The position numbers and the translations under genes are program-made. The notes beneath the pieces were generated by a model. That model did not search any database. It worked only from the letters and a program-made list of their open reading frames with translations, and was not told the DNA's origin. A DNA stretch of 64,000 bases from Amphiscolops sp. MND2022 (taxonomy: Eukaryota): positions 41,666,001-41,730,000 of the forward strand of contig OZ076413.1 of assembly GCA_964187785.1 (NCBI GenBank), written 5' to 3'. This document shows, in pieces, positions 51,101 to 61,323 of the stretch. The first letter of the stretch is position 1; every line of letters starts with the position of its first letter.

Positions 51101-51351
51101 CGATTGTATTAACAAACCAGTTCATTGAATATGTCCCTCTGATGCACGTGTATGGTGATGAGAGTCTCATACTTCCTCCTCTCATACTTCCACACACTCT
51201 CGAGGTCCTTGGTTGTCTGGTGGATCAGAGTGTTGAGCATCTCCAGGAAGCGGTCGTTGGTCTTCTTCATGATGGTCCTGTCGTACTTGGTGTTGGCCAG
51301 TGCTTCTGTGGCGTCCCTCGTCCACAGCAGTTGGATGCCCAGCAATCCAAT
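29900..51351 (-). CDS. DNAH5: Axonemal outer-arm dynein heavy chain (DNAH5/DNAH8 type), partial: 8 exons spanning end of linker to AAA4
   Basis: GT-AG exons with matching phases: 51118-51351, 50615-50787, 49930-50296, 48570-49364, 46875-48346, 30926-31372, 30336-30654, 29900-30126. P-loops [52 protein letters not shown]5 versus DNAH8 cannot be resolved by eye. Confidence 0.95.
30336..30654 (-). CDS. DNAH5: Dynein heavy chain exon
   Basis: [12 protein letters not shown]...[10 protein letters not shown]. Confidence 0.93.
30926..31372 (-). CDS. DNAH5: Dynein heavy chain exon (AAA4 P-loop)
   Basis: Phase-2 acceptor continues [26 protein letters not shown]. Confidence 0.93.
32106..32361 (+). CDS. 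HPS3: HPS3-like exon 1
   Basis: ATG at 32106; donor A|GTTAGT. Confidence 0.8.
32106..46439 (+). CDS. HPS3: HPS3-like BLOC-2 subunit, 9 exons, about 1291 aa, nested antisense in a dynein intron
   Basis: Phase-consistent exons 32106-32361, 33708-34172, 38759-38946, 39215-39378, 40074-40297, 40778-41340, 41489-41911, 42226-43186, 45808-46439 (3876 nt; the exon 4/5 and 7/8 junctions are less certain). [33 protein letters not shown] and [18 protein letters not shown] resemble the HPS3 N-terminal domain as I recall it. AATAAA near 46482. Confidence 0.8.
32676..33350 (+). repeat. Two tandem copies (period about 391 bp) of a HINE-like 3' end with a tRNA-like B box
   Basis: actatgaaagtgtg...gttcgagtctgg...aaagcagaaata...gcccc/ggggcctattt...ttgatcaatt repeated. 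Confidence 0.85.
33708..34172 (+). CDS. HPS3: HPS3-like exon 2
   Basis: TTTAG acceptor and G|GTTAGT donor; in frame with ORF 33719..34177. Confidence 0.8.
34398..35225 (+). mobile_element. Interspersed repeat family H1 (variant with ACACTTGC-GCAAGTGT hairpin start)
   Basis: Colinear with 56860-57845; recurrent aaagggtccccc and ttcggcattgtgaga modules. Confidence 0.8.
36560..38350. repeat. Degenerate tandem array, unit about 155-190 bp
   Basis: (cg)aagtctgtcgaaa..ttgacaa..attgcat recurs near 37546, 37722, 37910 and 38065, with more diverged copies on both sides. Confidence 0.8.
38759..38946 (+). CDS. HPS3: HPS3-like exon 3
   Basis: TTACAG acceptor, GTAAGA donor. Confidence 0.75.
39215..39378 (+). 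CDS. HPS3: HPS3-like exon 4
   Basis: TTGCAG acceptor; donor inferred from phase. Confidence 0.6.
39535..39899. repeat. Perfect 168-bp inverted repeat with 29-bp spacer
   Basis: 39535-39702 is the reverse complement of 39732-39899. Confidence 0.95.
40074..40297 (+). CDS. HPS3: HPS3-like exon 5
   Basis: CTTAG acceptor, G|GTTAGA donor. Confidence 0.65.
40778..41340 (+). CDS. HPS3: HPS3-like exon 6
   Basis: ORF 40768..41367; TCTAG acceptor and AAG|GTTAGG donor. Confidence 0.8.
41489..41911 (+). CDS. HPS3: HPS3-like exon 7
   Basis: ORF 41492..41926; the donor is either 41912 or 41923. Confidence 0.75.
42226..43186 (+). CDS. HPS3: HPS3-like exon 8
   Basis: 324-aa ORF; TTTCAG acceptor and CAG|GTTAAT donor. 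Confidence 0.8.
43850..44900 (-). mobile_element. H1 HINE-like element split by an H2 insertion
   Basis: Its 3' end (aagtcggcgctatatctaaggctcaaaa) is at about 43870 and its 5' end (gcgccgac) at about 44890. Confidence 0.7.
44031..44546 (+). mobile_element. H2 HINE-like element
   Basis: Subterminal inverted repeat TATTTCTGCTTTA (44031) / TAAAGCAGAAATA (44506), then a short GC stem and T-run; near-identical to 60489-61039. Confidence 0.8.
45045..45402 (-). mobile_element. H1 HINE-like element (short copy)
   Basis: ggcgccatatctaaggctcaaaa ... gcgccgactaaaaa. Confidence 0.7.
45808..46439 (+). CDS. HPS3: HPS3-like last exon
   Basis: TTTTCAG acceptor, stop at 46439, AATAAA downstream. Confidence 0.8.
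46875..48346 (-). CDS. DNAH5: Dynein heavy chain exon (AAA2-AAA3)
   Basis: [20 protein letters not shown]...GEQGTAKT...[11 protein letters not shown]...VISD. Confidence 0.95.
48570..49364 (-). CDS. DNAH5: Dynein heavy chain exon (AAA1 end, AAA2 P-loop)
   Basis: [15 protein letters not shown]...HYDFGLR...GPTGAGKT...[10 protein letters not shown]. Confidence 0.95.
49515..49775 (-). repeat. tRNA-derived (SINE-like) head plus an 88-bp tandem duplication
   Basis: Minus strand TGGCACAGTGG (A box) and GGTTCGAATC (B box) at about 49700-49772, without a proper cloverleaf; 49515-49690 is duplicated. Confidence 0.65.
49930..50296 (-). CDS. DNAH5: Dynein heavy chain exon (AAA1 P-loop)
   Basis: CYITL...[13 protein letters not shown]...WGCFDEFNR...IFLTM. 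Confidence 0.95.
50615..50787 (-). CDS. DNAH5: Dynein heavy chain exon
   Basis: [11 protein letters not shown]...RLVITPLTD. Confidence 0.93.
51118..51351 (-). CDS. DNAH5: Dynein heavy chain exon
   Basis: [11 protein letters not shown]...[14 protein letters not shown]. Confidence 0.92.
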
Positions 51352-51419
51352 CTACATTAACAACCTTGTTAAAACTAACGGCCACAGGAGTCTCGCAGTC
51401 TACATGGCAGTTTGCTACG

Positions 51420-51605
51420 TAACCAAATTCATGCAGCTGTCATTCAATGCCATACATGAAATCATATGGTTCAATACGATTCCATGCATGAGAACATCAT
51501 GAAATTATCGTATGGAACCATACGGTTTCATATGTCGCCATATGGTTTCATGTATGTGACAAAATGGTTTCATGCATGGAATCGCATGCTGTGTTGGTTC
51601 CGGGT
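51420..51605. repeat. Small foldback/MITE-like element
   Basis: cgattccatgcatga / tcatgcatggaatcg and atacatgaaatcatatgg / ccatatggtttcatgtat inverted pairs. Confidence 0.55.
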
Positions 51606-52185
51606 ATGCACTGTTGGTTTCTTGTAACAAGTTTAGCACTCAATTTAGTGGTAATTTCAACAAATGTTTTGCAAATTCTATCAATTTTGAAATTCCTGCG
51701 AGCTTCCACTAGTCTCATTGCTTACTCCGAGTCAACTCCTGGATAATGCCAATTAGCTTTTGCTGTAAATAGCATTTTGTCGTTTCATCAAATCGCCTAG
51801 TAGCAAGTAGGTGTCCGAACATCCAGTTGACATTCAAGTCTGATAGACGCTATTTTTTAAAATTCAGAGTTTCTTCGACAATTTTCTAATTTCATATGTT
51901 CCAATGAAATTTGTTCAGATGAAATGTTTCAATAAATCTTACATAGATGTGTTTAGAAGATTGCTAGAATGTCCTGTTTATTTGGTAAAGTTTTATATTC
52001 AGTTGTAGAAATTTTGTGAAATTGATTAAATTTTTATCCATTTGTTTTTTTATTTTGTAAATTCTTCCTCGTCGTCAGTGTTAGCATTCACCTCGTTGCC
52101 TATCTGATCGTGCTTCCTACCTTTTCCGTTCACTGCTTTCTTTGTGACAAAGTTTTCTATACGTCCTTCGCCAATTGATTGTCAT

Positions 52186-52866
52186 TTTTAGTCGGCGCTT
52201 CATGAAGTGAAACGCGACTATTATAGTGACTTTTTTTTCTATCCACACGAACTGACCAAAATAGTTCTTAAAAGTTCTACAAAATATTATGGTGTCAAAT
52301 AGCACCATTTGGCCTAGCGAACTGGACCAAAATGGTTTTACCTGTTTTTCCGCGTAACATATCATACCGGGCGAGACCAAAGAGTCCCCCCTTTCAATTT
52401 TTTTCGGCACTGCGAGACACTTTTTTTCGGATTTTTTTCGAAATTTTTTTTCCTCAAAGGGTCCCCCCTGCATTTTTTTTGATGTTTTGCGACAGAATGG
52501 ATGTTGGAAAATCCCAAAGGGTTCCTCCTTTCAGTTTTTTTCGGCATTGTGAGATTTTTTCCCGAAAATGAAAATTTTTGTTTTGTTCAATTTTTTCATG
52601 TTTTGCGACAGAATGGATGTTGAAAAACCTCAAAGGGTCCCCCCTTTCAGTTTTTCGGCATTGTGAGACGTTAGCGCGCCAGGGGCTCGCGGTAGCGAGC
52701 CCCGGCGCGCCACTCGGTCCATTTTTTTAGTATGTAATTTTTTCAAAAAAAAATTTCGAAAAATTTTCGATTTTCGACTACTGTAAACGAATACTTGACA
52801 CTTGGAAGTCTTTTTGCTATTTTTGAGCCTTGGATATGGCGCCGACTTGGGCCGGTCCCGGCTTGT
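52186..52866 (+). mobile_element. H1 HINE-like element, complete
   Basis: T-run, then TAGTCGGCGC with a nearby partial complement; 3' GCGCCGACT followed by the GCCGG-TC-CCGGC hairpin and TTGT. Confidence 0.8.
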
Positions 52867-53259
52867 CTATGTAATGGTGGTTTTTTGTTCTCTGTCTTAT
52901 CTATGTTTTCCTACATTTCAAAAAGATATAGGAAACAAAATGAATTTTAATTAGAAATACATTGAAGTTAATCTTTTCTAAATAATTGAAGTTGATTCAA
53001 ATGTTACTAATATCAAGATGCTTTCCATGCAGTTATGTTTTAGAAGCATGTTCCATCGATTTTCAACTTTCACTCAATTTCGCATTGACCCTGATAGAGA
53101 AAAAAAGTAATTTTCTAATTTTCTTACAAGATCTCTCAAGACACTGTAAATTACTGTGGTTCTTTGTAAGATTCTAGCAAGAAATGCATCAAAAGTAAGA
53201 ATTTTGTAAGATGTTTGCAAGGTTTGTTTGTATTTATTCTGATTCCAGAGAATGATCCA

Positions 53260-56200
53260 TCATAATAACTGTTGTTGCTGGCCGCCAGTGAATGTTTTGT
53301 TTTTGAAGTAAGTGACTCTCATTTTGGAATTGAGTTCTTGTTGTAGTTCTCTTTCTGCCCGTGCCATCACGAACTTCTTTATCCGATCATTGTCTTTGTC
53401 GATCATGGTGTAATACATCTTCTGGTTCACGCATTGTTCGAAAGTTGTGCATAATTTGTTCACGTTTGATCCACCACTGGGCCATGAAATGTCAATCTTT
53501 GAAAAATTCTTATTATGAAGATTTTTTTATAAGGTTTTAGATTTGGCAGTTCATCGTAATTGTCTTGGTCGTTTCCAGTTGAAAATCCCTTAAAATGTCC
53601 TATTGATTTTGAAAAAACGTTCCCAGTTTTTTTTTCAACTTTGAATGGAACATTCGTATCCATCCTTCTAAGTTTTAATACGTGGTAAAAATCTGGTTTA
53701 AATGAGTTTTTAAAAATGCTTCCAAAATAGTTAGTGAATTTTCTGAGCATATGTAAATTGTATTCAAAAACCCCGCCTCTGTAACATCTCACAAACTTTT
53801 GTATCGTTGTGAGATAATTTGTATCGTTTCAAGTACGAAAGTTGAGTTTCGGGATAATAAAAGTACAAAATCTTGTACAAAAGTGACATTCCTGATCATG
53901 AGAGAACTCAAAGCAGCTCCCACGGCGATACAGCCACATATCATCCATATCAGGTTCTCAAATATCTCGTTAACATAGGGCTCCAACTGGGGCAGAATAA
54001 CCCCTGCCAGCCGCCCCCCGCCTGAGCTAATACCTGTGTAGAAGAGTAGAAGATAGGAGCTGATCAAAACTATCGCCAATTGTGGGTGGGTAATTGATAT
54101 CTATCTAAAAAAGGTTTAAGACGTAGCAAAAGCATTTTTTTCGTTAATTTTCGTTTAAAAATTGTGAAATAGTAAAAAAAATCATTAATCAAAACAAAAA
54201 GTGATATTTATAATTGATCAGCTGATTTTGACCTAAAAGCGTGCATCGATGGCAATCAGGTAGTAACTCCATAGTTATCAAGTAAAGTCCGGTAAACGCC
54301 CCAGCCACCGTAATTGACCCAATCCTGGTAAGCGCAAACTCCACTACGGGAAATGAGTGGAAAAATATTGCGAATGTGCGGGTAGCCCCACTGAGGACGA
54401 GAAATAAACAGTAACTTTTGACTCTATCCTTCCATAAAAGGACAACTGCCAAGTAAACTAAGTTTGAGCCTGATTGGATCAGGGATTAGCAAAAATGTTT
54501 TTAGGTCGCAGTCATTCTCTATTGGAGATAATTTCATATCTTTTCACAATTACTCTCATTCTTTCATTCCTTAATTTTTCTTGAAACTATAAATCATTCA
54601 ATTGGCTTCTTTAAACACTTTTGGTTGTTCAAGTTTTTTACTTCCATTGGCAAGTTTTTTGTTAGATGACAATTTCCACACTGAAAAATCCCTTTTTCTA
54701 CAATCGATCCGAATATCTGAGGAGTACTAAAAAGGGTCAAAAGGTCCTCCGAGTTGTTCTCACTATCACATGATCCAGTTTGTTTTTTTTTTGGCACTGC
54801 ACTTTTTAATATTTCTCATTTCATCAAAAAGCCCCCTTTGAGTAAAAAAAACACTTTGTAAGCCCGCAAAGTATTTCTGGGCACTGTGAATTTTCCATGA
54901 AACAGCTTTTTGTCATATTTGAAAAATAACTTTTTGAGCCTTAAGCGAACAACGACTTGAGACATTCCCACCTTATTTTGGTTTCTGTAAGAGACAATTT
55001 TTCGTAATCCCTGCTTCGAGGATGCCCGCTTCGTAGAGCATCCATTCGAGGGTGGGTGGCACTAATTGTAGGTTCATGGGGGCATTGTAATAGCTGATGC
55101 TGTAATAGGCCACAGTGGTCGCTGTCCAGTTGAGCACCAGTAGCCACGAAACGAATCTGAGGTCGGTCATTAGGTCAAAGGTCAAGTCATTTGAGGTAAC
55201 TGCTAACATGTATAACTTTTACTCGGTGCTTTTTGCTTTAAAAACATGTCCGGCTATTACCTCACACTGAAGGATCCACATGTTACAGGCTTTCACTATC
55301 TTCGGTCTCTATAAAAAACGTACAAAGGGTCTCCCCTTTGGCTGTTCTACAATTTTACGTTAATTAGAAAACCCAATAAAAACGAAAAGTCCGATTTGGG
55401 TTTTTCAGCAGTGTGTTGTTTTCAGAACTTTCATGAAACTAGCTGCCAAGATGTTCAAAAAACCTGCGCTTTTTCAGCTGTGAACAGGGCGGGACCTCGG
55501 ACCGTTCCCCTTTTTTAACTATCTACTCAAGTTTTTGCGCAATTTAGCTCGTCTTTACTGAAATCTTGGAATTGAAATGAAAAGAGTGAAAAGTGCACGC
55601 GCTTTAAAAGGTTTCGTATGACAGAAACAAAGTTGAAATGACTTGTTTTTGACCTGAAATTCTGATTATCATACAATCTCAGCAAGATGCTAGTCTTCAT
55701 GTAGGCTTTAGGGACTTCTATGAAGCTGGCTCTGCGTTTGGGGGTATCGCTCGGCGTAGAAGGGACGTTGCTTTTCGGGAAGAAAGCCAGTCTTAGAAAC
55801 TGAAGGCACGAGATTTGTCTTCTGCCGGATGTGATGTCTGCGTTTACTCGGGATGACCAGATAAAGAAAAAATCCTTCACTAAGGTGTGAATAATGTGGA
55901 CCAACAAAAGAGTTTTTTTATTTCAAGGCGAAATGATATTGCAATTATCAACTCAAGAATGTGGAACATACTTTCCACTGGATGGACTTGATATTGTTTT
56001 GAGAAATTTTCTTTCGCATAAACACTCCAAAATCTATTTGTATCAAATATGTAATCATGAATGCTGCGCATTCTTATTTCTAATTCCTCTCGAAACATTA
56101 TCATTTTCCAGACAAGTCTTTTTAAAACAAAGATATGCCAGAAAGTACTACGTACATTTTTGTTCTGTTCAAGTATTTTGTCATCCCTGGATTGGCTATC

Positions 56201-59200
56201 ACTACTATGAGGGGGGTAATTCCGGCTGCGACCACCAAGTAGATCGAAGTGATCATGCAAAGCAGTGAAGACCAGTCAGTCATGTAGAGGGAGAATTGGC
56301 CCGCGAGGATGATTCCAATTCCAAAAGTAGCTCCCAGCAGAGCCACACTATTGAGTTGTATTCAGGTAGCATTAGTACTCCGTTCACGTATCATTTTGAC
56401 GAAAAAGTTTACTTGAAATATTTCGAATTTTGAACATTTAATTGTGTTTCCATAGATGTGATTCTTTGCGACTCTTTTTGCTGATTACACTTGCGATAAG
56501 CAAGTGTTATGGGAAAGTGCCGGTGTTTTCTTTCCGGGCGACAACTCTCTCGTTTCAGCCCGCAAGTCGCATAGTTCAGGCGTTCGTGGTCTAGTGGTAA
56601 GATGCTAGCTTTTCAACCCAGAGGGCCCGTGTTCGAACCCGTGCGTATGCGCTAATTTTTTTACAAGTATTCCGAAGCAGGTTTTCACTTTTTTTCGGCA
56701 CTGAGACTTCCCCTTTTCGGCTTTGTGAGACTTTTTTTCGAAAAATTTTTGATGTCCCCGAAGATCCTCCCTTCAATTTGTTTGATATTTTGCAACGGAC
56801 GAATGTTAAAAAATCCCAGAGGGTCCCTTTTTCAGATTTTTCGGTATTATGAGACTGTTTACACTTGCGATAAGCAAGTGTTATGGGAAAGTGCGGGTGC
56901 TTTTTTTTCCGCGCGACAACTCTCGCGTTTCAGACTGCAAGTCGCATAGTCTGAATTTGTGGCCGTGGCAACTTCTGGCAGTTAGCCAACTTCCAGCACT
57001 TGTCGCAACTTCTGGCACTTGGCATAGAGGTTAATTAGGATTATTTGAGGTCTGCCAAGCAGAAGGACGTGGGTTCGAGTCTCGCCCTTGACCAAAATTT
57101 TTTGTGCATGTTATTTCGGCTTTGTGACTTTTTTCGCAAATTTTTTTCATGTCACCAAAGATTCCTCCCTTCTTTTTTTGATATTTTGCAACAGAACGAA
57201 TGTTAAAAAATCCCAAAGGGTCCCTTCTTTCAGATTTTTCGGCACTATGAGACTGTTGAAAATTCTCATTTTTTGTTTTTTTTTTTGCAAAATTTTTCAA
57301 GTCTCGCTTCAATTTTTTGAAATTTTGCAACAGAATGGATGTTTAAAAAATCTCAAAGTGCCCCCTTTTACAGTTTTCGGCATTGTGAGATTTTTCAAAA
57401 TGAATAATTTTTGTCTTGAAATTAGGTTTTTCAGGCTCAGCACGCTGTATCCAATTTTTTTAAGACCGGTGTTTTTTCTCTGCGACTTTTTTTCTAATCT
57501 GTTTTCATCGAAGCCCCCTCAATTTTTAATTTTTACTAGAAACGAAACGTTTTGCGAGCGTAAAGGACTCCTTAAGGTTTTCGGCACTGTGCGACTTATC
57601 GGAAACCTTCGTCAAAAAATTTTTCGAATTTTTTTCCCTCAGTTTTCTGGTTTTTCTAAGGTTTTCTGCTTAGAAAGATGGTTTTTTTGCTGTTTCCAGT
57701 TCGGGAAGAATGGTTTTCGAGACTTATGCGTATCCCTTCGGGTATTTTTGGCGCTGTAAAGTTGATGAAATTTTAACAATGTCCTTTTACCCTTGGTTCT
57801 GCGCATGATATTGCTTATTTGGTTCTTCAAAAGTTCGCAAGTGTTTGCGAAGCACGGCTTCGCCTCTGTGTAAAAATTGAGTTTCAGCCATGCCAATAAA
57901 AGGGCTCAAATTGTGCAAATTTGACCATGGCCTTCGATAAAACAAAAAATAACACAGGTTCAAAGTTTATATACGAGTTCATGAAGCTGATGTATTTTAA
58001 CCGTTTAAATGTATCTTTTCGAGTGCCACTGAATGAAAATTTTTCAGTGTTACCTGGCGATTCTTCTGTTTGGCTTATCGTTCCAGAACTCACACGCACT
58101 GATAAACCCAAGAGCAAAAAGAGTAATAGCGGCACCCATGTAGAACATGTAACATATGACAAAGCCCATAAACTCCGGCATGGCAATCATCAGAAACCCG
58201 GAAATTGCGTGAATGGACGATGCTGCGAAGAAAAGGAAACTTCGGCCAACTACGTCTCCGAAACAGAGAAATACAGATCCCAGTAACTGGCCCAAGGATC
58301 CAAGCGATCGCATCATGCTTGTCAGTATGCTGCGCTCACACACCAATTTGTAGTGAGATTTCAGACTGCTTTTGGTTTCTGATCGGTCGAATTGCCAACC
58401 TACTCGCAAAGGCTTCATAAAAACTTGTCACAAAAAGCAAAATAATCCAGAAACGTTTCATGGGTTGCTAAAATACAACGCATGTGATGACAATTTGCAT
58501 GAAAAAGCAGCAGGTCTATAATATAAAACAGATTTGTTTTTATAAGTTATTGAAGTAAAAAAAAACGTTCTCAGAAGCGAAAAATGGAAAATATTGTTCA
58601 TTTTTGCTAGCCCCGTATCTTTCCGTGATTTTTTTTGGAAACCCTTGCCTAGAGCTCCACAACTGGTTATACCCGGCCGTTTAGCCGCCATTTCGTTTAT
58701 ATAGGCGTCGAAGTCTGCCTTTGTGATGTTGCTTCCATTCTGTTTGGTCAGTATATACTGCACATGGTCCGCATTGTACTTCTTGCAACTGTGGGGCTTC
58801 TCGAATCTCTTCACGTTGGTGTTGAGGTCACGGTCCGGAAGAAGCAGTTGATCCACCATTTCTTGACCTTTGTGATGATCTTTAGCATTTTATTCTCATG
58901 ATAATCACTGATACCACTCAAAGTAACTGTCAACTTCGCTGCTGAACAGTTTGGAGTCTTTCCCCTCCACACGTTTGAAAAGGGTAATTTTGAATTTTTG
59001 TGAATTACTTGTAACAATTCCTGAAACACTGTTTCGCTCTATTTTGATGGAGTTGTATAAATTCATACAATCGACTAATTAGATAATTTCTCAAATATCC
59101 GCTATCTGGTTAAGAAAAAGTAGCCACATATTTACTGGAAAACGGTTCAGAGTTGATAGAATTGCTTTCAAAAACGGTTAATCAACGGCGTCGTTGAATA

Positions 59201-61323
59201 ATTAACAATGATTGCCCCGTTTCAGTTGTTTTTAGTCGGCGCTTTTTCTCAGAGAAAAGTGCCCGACTATTACAGTGGCTAGTTTTTTTCGTCAGACCAC
59301 AGAGCTCACCCTATATGTACAACTTTATAGCACAGACTTTAATCGGTTTTGGGGGAACCCATCGGTCGCGGGTTCGAGTCCCTGCTTCAGCAGGAAACTT
59401 TCGTGCATTTGCAAACCCGGACGAGACTAAAGGGTCCCCTTTCGATTTTTTTGGCGCTCAGACTTTCGAAAATTTTTTAGTGTCTCCAAAGGGTCCCCCT
59501 TCAATTTTTTTGATACTCTGCAACAAACAGGATGTTCAAAAGGCCCATTTAAAAAATTTCGGCATTGTGAGATTTTTCAAAATGATTATTTTTCGTATTA
59601 AACTTTGGTTTTCTCAGTGAACCAGCACGCTATATCCGAATTATATTGTAAGACCGTTTTTCGGCACTATGCAACTTTTTTCCTATTTGTTTTTATCGAA
59701 GCCCCCTCGACTTTTGGTTTTCGGCACTATGCGAAATTTTCAAAGAATGGGTTTTTTGTTGTTTCCAGTTGGGTAAAAAGTGGTTTCCGAGCCGTATGCG
59801 TATCCCGTCGGGTATTTTTTGGCACTGTGAAAATGATAACATAGAAACTATAGTATCCTTTTGCATATTTTAAAAACTTAACTCTTTTGAACCTTGAGCG
59901 GGGCGCCGACTTGGGCCGTTCCCGACTTGTTTTTATTACCCGCTGATTGCATGGCGCTTTATGATCCTCCACAGCGGTAAAAGTTCCAAATTTTCATTTC
60001 AAGAAGTAAAATGTACATAGACGCGAAAGAAAATGAAGCGTATTTACAACTATCCGGTAATATCCATCTTGTAGAAAAATCTCCGAAATATCCGGTATCC
60101 GGTAAATTCTTACAACCCTACAACTAATTTTTTTACAATTTTCCAATATTTGCACCTACATTTACGTGTGCGTGGGAAAAGGAAAAAAGTTCCGCTGCTT
60201 TTAGTCACCATATACAACACATGAAATTTTGAACCGGAGTTATTTATTTGATACCCAATATGAAAGCTCCGAGTCCTGCAAATTTTTGTAGGTTGTACCT
60301 TCATTTGGCGTTCTTACTTAACAAAAAATTGTTTAATAGAAAGAACCGATTCTCATGTTAGTTGCAGTTTCCGGAAACGCTTTGTTTGACTCGTTCCTTT
60401 TCTGTTTTTTTAATAGCCTAACTTACATGTTTTTACAAATATGCAGTCTTCACGAAATTGGCAGTTGTTGTTCTTTTGTGCTTTTTAATATTTCTGCTTT
60501 AGCAGGAATATTATTAATATTTCTGCTTTAGCAGGAATATTATTGAAATCTGGAAACGTGTACTTTTTTCAGAACAATTTTTCGGACGATCTGAATAATT
60601 CAGATATTTTGTTCGGCAGTGAGTGTAAGCGAGAGAGCTGCCGAAGTCAAATCAATTCTAGTGCGATGGAACGAGCGAATGGTAATTATCCATTCGTATG
60701 TTGACGTCATTGAGATGAAGCGAGCGAATGTTCGTAATTGTGCTTTCGTTGCCCCGAGTTATTGAGATGAAGCGAATGAGTGTTAATTATTCGTTCGTTG
60801 AGAGCTTCGCCTGCATTCAAATGCGAATGCGAAACTTCGTCTACGCTTAGTAGTTATATTTTCTTTGGTCCGAGAAGAATTAAAGGCGGTGTAAACTTGT
60901 ACAGTGATTAATTGTGCTCTAAGTAATGATCAAACAGGAGTGTATTGGTATTCCAGATATGATTCTTTTATTAATGATTTTTTGTTTCAAAAAAAAGATT
61001 AAAGCAGAAATAGTACTGAGCCCCGGAGGGGCCTATTTTTCAATTAGCCCTCTGACCCTTTTTAAAATCATCACCCTCCCACCTTTGACCTTATTTGACT
61101 CCCTCAGTTGCGTGAATATGGGGTCATTCTCCACCGGGGTGTAACACCTGAATGGTAGGTTGGTGAGGTAGACACGGATACACCCAAAGGCAGTACCAAG
61201 ATACAGGTAGAGGAACACGAGGGGGAGTAAGGACAGCACTTGAAGGGTACTCTTGTGATTCTCGCGAACATTTCTCACCAGGGGCTGAATGTGCGCTCTG
61301 CTGAGAGATCGCGCCGAATGCAT
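53260..61323 (-). CDS. SLC22-like (organic cation/anion) MFS transporter, about 9 exons
   Basis: Exon 1 at 61090-61323 (TM1 and PFRCYTP); extracellular loop about 58649-58880; 58054-58399 GWQFD...YKLVC...GQLLGS...GDVVGR; about 56200-56347; about 55680-55880; about 55010-55165 W...YYSIS; 54233-about 54470 LYLITMELLPDCHR; about 53890-54033 GRLAGVILP; tail ending 53260. Several junctions are approximate. Confidence 0.78.
56486..57845 (+). mobile_element. Two head-to-tail H1 elements with different tRNA-like cassettes
   Basis: tacacttgcgataagcaagtgttatggg at 56486 and 56860. Confidence 0.8.
59231..59931 (+). mobile_element. H1 HINE-like element, complete
   Basis: tttagtcggcgc...cccgacta at the 5' end; ggcgccgacttgggccgttcccgacttgttttt at the 3' end. 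Confidence 0.8.
60489..61039 (+). mobile_element. H2 HINE-like element with 29-bp 5' duplication
   Basis: Near-identical to 44031-44546; 3' GCCCC-GGA-GGGGC hairpin then CTATTTTT. Confidence 0.8.

Noticed and set aside
57088..57759. 223-aa Phe-rich ORF (and similar ORFs at 34552, 52117, 59315)
   Set aside because: Chance reading frames in T-rich repeat copies; not conserved between copies.
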